NCBI GenBank assembly: GCA_024275515.1
Contig: JAJRYZ010000244.1
Location: forward strand, 1,140-65,139
Origin: Spirochaetota bacterium
GTDB lineage: Bacteria; Spirochaetota; Spirochaetia; ARS1246
Direction: 5' to 3'
Length of the DNA: 64,000 nucleotides
Made by a program: the position numbers and the translations under genes
Shown here: piece by piece, positions 9,261-16,708 of the stretch
Position numbering within the stretch: position 1 is the stretch's first letter
Layout: every line of letters starts with the position of its first letter
The notes under the pieces: model-generated
Database searches by the model: none
Seen by the model: the letters and a program-made list of their open reading frames with translations, nothing else
Told to the model about the DNA's origin: nothing

Positions 9261-10658
9261 ATGATGTCGATGTTCACGACGCTGCTGGTCGACGACGAAG
9301 AGCGGGCGCTGACGGGTATTCGCCGTACGTTTCCGTGGGCCGACTACGGCTTTACGGTGGTTTTCGCGACGAGCGACCCCGTCGCGGCGCTCGACTACTT
9401 GAGAAAACGCAGAGTAGATCTCGCCTTCGTCGACATTCGCATGCCCGAGCTCTCCGGGCTGGACATCATAAGGATTGCACGAGAAGAGAACCTTGAAACG
9501 GAGTTCGTTATTATCACCGGACATTCGGAGTTTGAGTTCGCGAGATCCGCTCTGCGTCACGGCGTGCTCGACTACTGTTTAAAGCCCCTTCGTTCGGAGG
9601 CCGCAATCGCCGTACTCGAACGAGCGGCGGTTCATTTGCAGCACGTCCGGGAGAGTCGCCTCCGGGAAGAGCGGGCGTATGGGTCGCCGTTTGACCCACG
9701 CACGCTTCGCGAGCGATTTCGCAATCCGCTCCCCGCCTTTTGCGCCGCGGTGTGCATTCGAGATGTGAGAAGCGAGACGGCGGCGGGTCAGCGCATACCC
9801 GAGTTCGTCCCCGGCGCCGAAATCGTTCGGGCGAAGGTGAAAAACGAATGGGTTTACGTCGTCAATTTCCGCGGCGGTGACCCTCGCGAGCTGCTTGTCG
9901 CGAGCGCAGACGCGTGGCGAGTAGGATTCGGCGCCGTGTGTTCGAACGTCGATGAGATTCCGTCGTCAATAGAGGACGCCCGGGAGGCGTTGACCGCCTT
10001 TTTGTTCTATCCCGATGAACGCGTATTCTTGCGGACCCCGGTGAAAGAGGCGGCCGTCGAGCGGATAGCTGCGGATCTGTTCGACGCGCTCGACTCCGGA
10101 ATGATCTTTGTCGTCGAAGAGTTCTTCGACCGCCTCCCTTCGGTAATGACTCACGAGCTGTTGATGCCGTGGGACGCTCGCCTTCTCTACGACAGTGTGG
10201 TGGATCTGCTCGTCGGGAGCGTCGAGAACGGACTCGGCGGGGGCGAGGTGTCGACGCCGACGGCGTTTTGTGAGCAGTTGAGAGCCGTGGTGATGCGAGC
10301 GATCTGTCCGGAAGCGGGGCGGGCCTTCATCGCAGAGGTCGGCGAGCGCATGCGTTCGATGCTCAGGTTCGTCCATCGCCACATCGACTCCCGGATTACT
10401 CTGAAGGAGCTGTCCGCCCGTTTTCACTTCCATCCGAACTACGGGTGTGAATTGTTCAAGCGATACACCGGCCTGACCTTTTCGGAGTATGTGGTTCGAA
10501 TGAAACTCTGGCACGCACGACATTTGCTCATGCACACGGACAAACCTATCGCCGTTGTGGCCGAAGAGGTCGGTTACGATTACTATCACTTCAATAGGCT
10601 ATTTAAGAAAAAGGAAGGAATGACGCCGAAACAATACCGGGAGTCGCGCGCGCGATGA
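9261..10658 (+). CDS. response regulator with AraC-type HTH output (YesN-like)
   Basis: Receiver domain (LLVDDEE..., acceptor context LAFVDIRMP, CLKP) plus C-terminal AraC HTH (HFHPNYGCELFKRYTGLTFSEY..., GYDYYHFNRLFKKKEGMTPKQYR). GGAGGGAGA precedes the ATG. Confidence 0.88.
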   Translation: MMSMFTTLLVDDEERALTGIRRTFPWADYGFTVVFATSDPVAALDYLRKRRVDLAFVDIRMPELSGLDIIRIAREENLETEFVIITGHSEFEFARSALRHGVLDYCLKPLRSEAAIAVLERAAVHLQHVRESRLREERAYGSPFDPRTLRERFRNPLPAFCAAVCIRDVRSETAAGQRIPEFVPGAEIVRAKVKNEWVYVVNFRGGDPRELLVASADAWRVGFGAVCSNVDEIPSSIEDAREALTAFLFYPDERVFLRTPVKEAAVERIAADLFDALDSGMIFVVEEFFDRLPSVMTHELLMPWDARLLYDSVVDLLVGSVENGLGGGEVSTPTAFCEQLRAVVMRAICPEAGRAFIAEVGERMRSMLRFVHRHIDSRITLKELSARFHFHPNYGCELFKRYTGLTFSEYVVRMKLWHARHLLMHTDKPIAVVAEEVGYDYYHFNRLFKKKEGMTPKQYRESRAR

Positions 10659-12421
10659 AGCGTCCGAAAAGGCGTCGCAAGACGTCGTTGCACGCCTACC
10701 TCATCCGCGTGCAGCTATTCGCTCTCGCGTCCGTCGTCATAACTCTTGCGGCATACTTCGTCTATAGCTTTCGGTTCATCGAACGACAGATGCTTCAGGC
10801 GAACGATACGATGCTTTCGGTTGTCAGCGAAGGAATCGTACGAGCCGCCGGGGAGACGACGGCCCTGGCGTTTAATATAGCCTATAATCCGGAAGTTCAG
10901 CGCAGCCTGACCGAGAAAAATGTTCTTGCGCTGATCAAATACAGCAACACTTTTTACACCATCGCGAAGATGACCGTAAAGTCCAGTGAGCTCATTGATG
11001 ATGTGGCGCTCTTCAACCGCGATCTTTCGATTTTCAGAAACGTGTCGAACGATATTACTTACTCGGACTACAAATCCGCGCTGCTCGATCATTTGGCCGC
11101 GGCTCCGTATCGGCAGGGCCGCTTCATCGCCGTTGATCTCGACAACAATGAAAGATATTTATGCTTTGTTCTTCCTGTTCATAGCCGAGCCGCGGATTCG
11201 AAGGCGGATTCGCTCATCGGCTACAGCCTGACGAGTTTCCGAATCGATCGTATCGCCGAGCCGTTCCGCCGTATCTCTTCTCTTGAGAACAGCTACACCG
11301 CCATCATCGATCGGACGGGCGCCGTCATTTCGTTCGCTTCCACGCGACCGGATTCCACTCTCGGTCTCGAAGAGTTGTTTCGCCATCCCGCCCGCTTCGT
11401 GAAAAACGAGCAGGACCTGCCGGGCTTGAAGGGGACGCTGATAAGTTTTATCCCGAAACTCGACATCTACCGACGGCAGGTCGGCTTTCTCGTACTCTCC
11501 CCGTCACTCGTGGGAATACTGCTCGCGGTTTTCTTCCTTATGGGGAACCGGCTCAACCACGCCTTCAGCGTGCCTATCGAACGACTCGTCGCGCAGCTCG
11601 AGTCGTTCGACGGGAGCGATAGGCGGCTTCGCGTCGAGGGAATACCGAAGAACGAGATCGGCTACATCACCGACAGCATCAATTCCATGCTCGACAAAAT
11701 TCACGATATGACCGCGCGGAGCATTTTCGAGCGGCAGCGCATGAGCGATCTCGAACTCCACAGCAAGGACGCCGAGCTGTTGGCGCTGCAATCGCAGATC
11801 AATCCACACTTCATGTACAACACCTTGGAGTGTTTGCGGAGCATCGGGATCGACTACGGCTCGTCGGAAATCGTGCAGATATCGACGGGTCTCGCCGACA
11901 TATTGCGGTACTGTCTGAGTACCGATTTCCAGGTTCCACTGCATCGGGAGCTCGCGATCGTGCGTGAATACTCTCAGATCATTCGACTGCGTTTCGGTGA
12001 CCGTTATTCCTTCGATATCGAGGCGGACGCCGAAGCGCGAAATGCGGTTGTAATCAAGATGATAATTCAGCCGATCGTCGAGAACGCGGTCTTTCACGGG
12101 CTGGAAAAACGTCGGACCGGCCTGCTCAGTGTCAGATGTTCGCGGGTGCGAGACACGATCGTCGCGGTCGTCTACGACAACGGTCAGGGTATGGACCAGG
12201 CGCATCTGGAATCGCTGCGGGAGCAACTTTTGCGTGGACATACCACTCCCGACCACGGCCGATCGGACAGGCGCGGCCTGGGGTTGGTCAACATTCACAG
12301 GCGCATTCAGACCTTTTACGGCGAGAAGTACGGCATCGCAATCGACAGCGAACCCGAATCGGGCACGTCCGTGACGATCGTGTTGCCGGTGCTGGATCGG
12401 GAGACTTCGGTCGGCGGATGA
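10655..12421 (+). CDS. sensor histidine kinase, YesM-type (TM-sensor-TM-HAMP-His_kinase-HATPase)
   Basis: H-box LQSQINPHFMYNTLECL is typical of the YesM/LytS-like kinase family. ATPase motifs VYDNGQGM and GLGLVNIHRRI are present, with two TM segments. ATGA overlap with the regulator. Confidence 0.88.
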   Translation: MKRPKRRRKTSLHAYLIRVQLFALASVVITLAAYFVYSFRFIERQMLQANDTMLSVVSEGIVRAAGETTALAFNIAYNPEVQRSLTEKNVLALIKYSNTFYTIAKMTVKSSELIDDVALFNRDLSIFRNVSNDITYSDYKSALLDHLAAAPYRQGRFIAVDLDNNERYLCFVLPVHSRAADSKADSLIGYSLTSFRIDRIAEPFRRISSLENSYTAIIDRTGAVISFASTRPDSTLGLEELFRHPARFVKNEQDLPGLKGTLISFIPKLDIYRRQVGFLVLSPSLVGILLAVFFLMGNRLNHAFSVPIERLVAQLESFDGSDRRLRVEGIPKNEIGYITDSINSMLDKIHDMTARSIFERQRMSDLELHSKDAELLALQSQINPHFMYNTLECLRSIGIDYGSSEIVQISTGLADILRYCLSTDFQVPLHRELAIVREYSQIIRLRFGDRYSFDIEADAEARNAVVIKMIIQPIVENAVFHGLEKRRTGLLSVRCSRVRDTIVAVVYDNGQGMDQAHLESLREQLLRGHTTPDHGRSDRRGLGLVNIHRRIQTFYGEKYGIAIDSEPESGTSVTIVLPVLDRETSVGG

Positions 12422-12653
12422 TCGAGGTTCCGTCGCCGACGATCATTCGGGGCCATGAACGCGCAAGCGGCGCCGAGCGCGGCGGTTCTGAATCTGGACC
12501 GACGTCCCGCCTTTCTCATGCCGCTCCTGTGATATCGCGGGCGGATTCGGCGAATCGCCACGGACGGGATTCATTGGCGGCTTGGTGTGGACAACACCGC
12601 CGCCGTAAGCGGTGTTTGATAGTATCGCGGCAACCGGAAAAAAGGAGATCGCT

Positions 12654-13685
12654 TTGAGCGCACGCAGACCGCTTCTCGGAATAAGCGTCGGCGATCCGGC
12701 CGGTATCGGACCGGAGATTACCGCCAAGGCGCTGAGCCGAAAGCGCGTCTACGAAATAAGCAGACCGCTTGTCGTCGGTGACGTTCGGGTGGTCGCCGAG
12801 GCGGCGCGGTTTTCGGGGTTGAGCGTCGAAACAAGGGCGGTAGACGCGCCGGCCGACGGCACATACGAGTTCGGGACAATCGATGTTCTCGATATGCATA
12901 ATGTCGATATGAATACATTCGAACACAAAAGAGTCGATGCGATGTGCGGGCAGGCTTCCTACGACTACATTGAAAAGACTATACGACTCGCCGTGGACGG
13001 CGAGATTGAGGCGACGGTCACCGGCCCTATCCACAAGGAGGCCATTCAGGCGGCGGGGATCCGTCATGCGGGGCACACGGAGATCTACGCGGAGCTGACC
13101 GGTGCGAAAGACTACGCCATGATGCTTGCCGAGGGGAGTTTCCGCGTCGTACACGTGTCGACCCACGTTTCACTCAGGGAGGCGATCGAACGGGCAAAGA
13201 AGTCGAGGATTCTCGCGGTTATCGGCCTTGCCGCCGAGGTGCTGAGCAAAGTCGGCGTCGATACGCCGAGAATCGCAGTCGCGGGCCTCAATCCACACGC
13301 GGGGGAGGGCGGACTCTTTGGATCCGAGGAGCTCGACGAGATCATTCCCGCAGTCGAAGAGGCCCGTCGGCGCGGAATGAACGTGGACGGACCGATTCCG
13401 CCGGACACGGTTTTTCCGAAAATGAAGGGCGGTCAATACGACGTCGTCGTGGTGATGTACCACGATCAAGGCCATATCCCGACCAAGCTCTCCGGGTTCA
13501 GTTACGACCGCACGACCGACACGTGGTTTTCCATGTCCGGCGTGAACGTTACACTCGGCCTTCCCATCATTCGAACATCGGTGGATCACGGCGTGGCTTT
13601 TGGGAAAGCGGGAGAAGGCCGGGCCAATCCGGATAGCATGATCGAGGCGATAGAGATGGCGGTGAAGCTGGCGGTATCGGGATAA
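12654..13685 (+). CDS. PdxA-family NAD-dependent 4-hydroxy-acid-phosphate dehydrogenase (PdxA/PdxA2-like)
   Basis: Motifs GDPAGIGPEI, HAGHTE and NPHAGEGG are present. A TTG at 12654 follows AAGGAG by 6 nt. The track start is GTG 12612, so the start is uncertain by 14 codons. Confidence 0.85.
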   Translation: MSARRPLLGISVGDPAGIGPEITAKALSRKRVYEISRPLVVGDVRVVAEAARFSGLSVETRAVDAPADGTYEFGTIDVLDMHNVDMNTFEHKRVDAMCGQASYDYIEKTIRLAVDGEIEATVTGPIHKEAIQAAGIRHAGHTEIYAELTGAKDYAMMLAEGSFRVVHVSTHVSLREAIERAKKSRILAVIGLAAEVLSKVGVDTPRIAVAGLNPHAGEGGLFGSEELDEIIPAVEEARRRGMNVDGPIPPDTVFPKMKGGQYDVVVVMYHDQGHIPTKLSGFSYDRTTDTWFSMSGVNVTLGLPIIRTSVDHGVAFGKAGEGRANPDSMIEAIEMAVKLAVSG

Positions 13686-13951
13686 TTGAATCGTCGGATT
13701 CCAAAGAGGCGCGCGATTTCATCGGCCCGGGCGCGGATTGCCTCCCAGTTGCGGACGTCGCGCCGCGGACGCTTTTTGGGCGGGTCGGCGCCGCCGCCGA
13801 CGGCGTCGACCGCCGACAAATCGCCGACCTCGGGAGCGCGACGAAGCTCCGTTACGCATCCGCGCTCTCGGCGCCGGGACGCAATCGCTTCCGGCGCCTG
13901 TGCGGTGGAACCGTTCCTTGTATGGTAGGCTACAAGAGTACTTCGACTCAT
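13586..13951 (-). pseudogene. flavodoxin-like (flavodoxin_5/HemG-type) gene remnant with internal deletion
   Basis: Translation from ATG 13951 reads MSRSTLVAYHTRNGSTAQAPEAIA...EVGDLSAVDAV, then jumps straight to the family's C-terminal RDVRNWEAIRARADEIARLF. The central part of the fold is missing. The frame then runs 100 nt into the 3' end of the convergent pdxA-like gene. Confidence 0.4.
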
Positions 13952-14127
13952 AAGGTCCTCCACGCGACATCGAAGTCGTCCGCAGAGCCGCGGCCGGAAT
14001 ATGTTACCATGTGCCGAACTCCGGAAACAACGAGTCCGGACGAACTCCCGGGTGCGCGCGAGGCAACCTTGATGAGTATCGACACAGGTCGTATAGTCTG
14101 CTGTATCTGTATCGACGGAGCGAACCG

Positions 14128-14952
14128 GTGAAACCCGCGATCTGGACCGGAATGTATGTTGAAGCGCCGCTGCACGAGGCGATTCGAACGCTTCGCAACC
14201 ACGGGTGGCGATCTTTCGAAATATCCACCGAACATCTCGTCGCAATCGAAAACGCCGACGATCCGGTCCGACCGACGGCCGCGGCTCAAGAGGAGCTTGC
14301 CGACGGGGCGGCGCCGCAGGCCCACGGCTATTTGCAGGCGAACGTCGCCGATCCCGACCCCGACAAGCGCGCCGGCGACGTCAATCGACTCAAGCGACAT
14401 ATCGAAATCTGCGCCGCGCTCGGCGTCCGTGTCGTGGTCATTCATCCCGGCGGGCGGCGGTCCGACGAAACACGGGAGGAGCGCGATCTTACCGAACGCC
14501 TCAACGTCGATTCGTTCAATCGGCTTGCCGACCGCGCCGAGTCGCTGGGCGTACGGATTGCGCTTGAGAACCTGATGCGTCGCGGCGCCGCAACGGCGTA
14601 CGAGATGCTTGATCTCGTCGATCGAATCGGGCGGGCGAGTTTGGGCCTCACTCTCGATACCTCTCACGCGCGGGTCATGGGGCTCGACATCGCGAAAATG
14701 ATCGGCGAGATCGGGCCGTTGCTGATTGCCACGCACGTATCGGATAACGACGGCAGCGGTGATCAACATCTGACTCCCGGGAACGGATCGATCGAGTGGG
14801 CGGCCGTCGTCGCGGCCCTGCGCAGAGTGAAGTACGACGGGTTACTCAATTTCGAGATTCCCGGTGAGCGGCACGCGGACGGGGATCTTCGCGCACTCAA
14901 ATCGCGTCACGCGGCTGGCGTGGCCGAATGGATGGTGCGCATCGAGCGTTGA
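14128..14952 (+). CDS. sugar phosphate isomerase/epimerase (xylose-isomerase-like TIM barrel)
   Basis: Motifs VVVIHPG, IALENL, LTLDTSHA and NFEIPG are typical of this TIM-barrel family. The likely start is GTG 14128 or ATG 14152. The track start at 14011 adds a non-protein-like leader. Confidence 0.75.
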   Translation: MKPAIWTGMYVEAPLHEAIRTLRNHGWRSFEISTEHLVAIENADDPVRPTAAAQEELADGAAPQAHGYLQANVADPDPDKRAGDVNRLKRHIEICAALGVRVVVIHPGGRRSDETREERDLTERLNVDSFNRLADRAESLGVRIALENLMRRGAATAYEMLDLVDRIGRASLGLTLDTSHARVMGLDIAKMIGEIGPLLIATHVSDNDGSGDQHLTPGNGSIEWAAVVAALRRVKYDGLLNFEIPGERHADGDLRALKSRHAAGVAEWMVRIER

Positions 14953-14965
14953 AAAACGGAGGGTA

Positions 14966-16336
14966 ATGGTGAGCCGACCCGAACGAATCAATCTCGAAAT
15001 AGTCACGGCGCGAAATACGCGACAGCTCAAAGCCGCCGGCGCCACGATGCCCGGAGGCGTAAACTCTTCGGTGCGCGTTCACGGCGCGCTCGGGGTGCCG
15101 TTCTACGTGTCGCGCAGCGAGGGCGCCACCGTCTATGATCTCGACGGCAACGGATATATCGACATGTGCACCGCGCACGGGGCGGCGCTGCTCGGTCACG
15201 GCCACCCGGCGATCGTCGAAGCGGTTCATCATGCGGCCGAGCTGGGATTCGCCGGAGTTTTCGAGACGCCGTTTCACGAGGAACTGGCCCGAAAGGTCTG
15301 CCGGAAGATCCCTTGCGCCGAAATGATTCGGTTCTGCTCGTCGGGAAGCGAAGCGACGCTGCACATGATTCGGGCGTGTCGGGAGTTCTCGGGAAGAGAC
15401 AAGATCATCAGAGTTGAAGGACACTTCCACGGCTATCACGAAATGATATACATCGGAGGGCACCCGCCGAAAGAATATCTCGATAGAAACGCGACGAGGC
15501 CGTACGTCGAATCGGCCGGAATCCCCGAAACGTTGCGGAACATGATCATCCCCATCCCCTTCAACGATCCCGACGCGCTTGAACGGGCGATCCGAAAGCA
15601 CCGCGGAGACGCGGGGACGCTGATACTGGAGCCGGTAAACTACAACAGCGGGTGCATTACGCCCGATCCCGGGTACCTCGAACTGGCCCGCGCCCTCACC
15701 GAGCGGGAAGGGATGGTGCTTTTCTTCGACGAGATCCAGTCGGCGTTCAAGAAGTCGCCCGGAGGCGCTCAGGAGGATTTCGGCGTCGTTCCCGACGTGG
15801 CGACGATCGGTAAATCACTCGGCGGGGGGCTGCCGCTGTCGGCCTTTTGCGGGCGAAGCGAGATCATGTCGCGGTACAAGCCGCTCGGTCCGGTCCAGCA
15901 CAGCGGCACCTTCAACGCGCACCTCGTGCCGGTCCTTTGTGGGCTCGCGTTTATCGAACAGATAGAGAATCCCGGCTTCTACCGGCGTCTTGCGAGCATC
16001 GAAGCGCGGTTTCATTCAGGGGTCGATCGGATCATTGAAGAGAATGATCTTAACATGATCGTACCGCGCCACGGCGCGAGGTTTGGCGTCGTGCTCGGAC
16101 GGAGGACTCCGCCTCGCAACTATTCGGACGTTCTGGTTCATGACAAGGCGCTTATGATAGAAATCTGGCGCGACTGTCTTGAGCTAGGAGTCTATTTTCA
16201 CGACTACGGAGGTGGTCCCATCCACCACGGGTACTCGATACAGCACACGAACGAAGAGATCGATCGCGTCGTTGAGGTATTCGCCGAGGTATTGCCCCCC
16301 TACCGCGAGCGGATCAACGCGCTCGGCGCCGACTGA
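14966..16336 (+). CDS. class-III (HemL/GSA-like) PLP-dependent aminotransferase
   Basis: MPGGVNSSVR, GHGHPAIVEAV, FDEIQS and the PLP-lysine context ATIGKSLGGGLP are present. ATG 14966 is preceded by GGAGGG. Confidence 0.85.
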   Translation: MVSRPERINLEIVTARNTRQLKAAGATMPGGVNSSVRVHGALGVPFYVSRSEGATVYDLDGNGYIDMCTAHGAALLGHGHPAIVEAVHHAAELGFAGVFETPFHEELARKVCRKIPCAEMIRFCSSGSEATLHMIRACREFSGRDKIIRVEGHFHGYHEMIYIGGHPPKEYLDRNATRPYVESAGIPETLRNMIIPIPFNDPDALERAIRKHRGDAGTLILEPVNYNSGCITPDPGYLELARALTEREGMVLFFDEIQSAFKKSPGGAQEDFGVVPDVATIGKSLGGGLPLSAFCGRSEIMSRYKPLGPVQHSGTFNAHLVPVLCGLAFIEQIENPGFYRRLASIEARFHSGVDRIIEENDLNMIVPRHGARFGVVLGRRTPPRNYSDVLVHDKALMIEIWRDCLELGVYFHDYGGGPIHHGYSIQHTNEEIDRVVEVFAEVLPPYRERINALGAD

Positions 16337-16544
16337 GAAGGGCCGGGTATTCACCGCCTGCGCCGACGACACGGCGGGTCGCAAGACGAGAATCGGGGAA
16401 CACATGGTCGGTAATCGCAAGCGCATCGAGGGAAAGCGACCGGACGAGATAGACCTGGTCGGCGACGCTGTGGTAACCGTCCGACCACACGGTATGCACC
16501 TGCAGGTCGTGACGCGGGTAACGGTTGTGCACGGTAAGAATCAT
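16314..16544 (-). pseudogene. PHP-domain phosphoesterase remnant (N-terminal ~47 aa only)
   Basis: From ATG 16544 the translation is MILTVHNRYPRHDLQVHTVWSDGYHSVADQVYLVRSLSLDALAITDH, the first PHP motif block. The rest of the domain is absent. The frame runs into the aminotransferase 3' end. Confidence 0.45.
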
Positions 16545-16708
16545 ATCAGATACTTTGCCGCCCCGCTCGCCGGAAATTGCACGGTCCCCTGATTTCGGCC
16601 TACAATGGAGCATTACCCGTACCGTCGGAAGAACCGGGGCCGCCCGAGCGTCCCACGCTGCCCGACGGCGTGCGGGTCGATTCGAAGCGGTCCGATAGGG
16701 AGCATACT

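Noticed and set aside
9135-9560. An N-terminal extension of the GH-like ORF (604 aa in the track) overlapping the response-regulator gene
   Set aside because: The extension is not protein-like and would overlap the divergent regulator by 300 nt. A convincing N-terminus (MKTIVFFDDF) starts at 9134.
13948-14769. A 273-aa minus-strand ORF opposite the TIM-barrel gene
   Set aside because: It is an antisense shadow with no motifs. The plus-strand product has TIM-barrel family motifs and sits in operon context with the aminotransferase.
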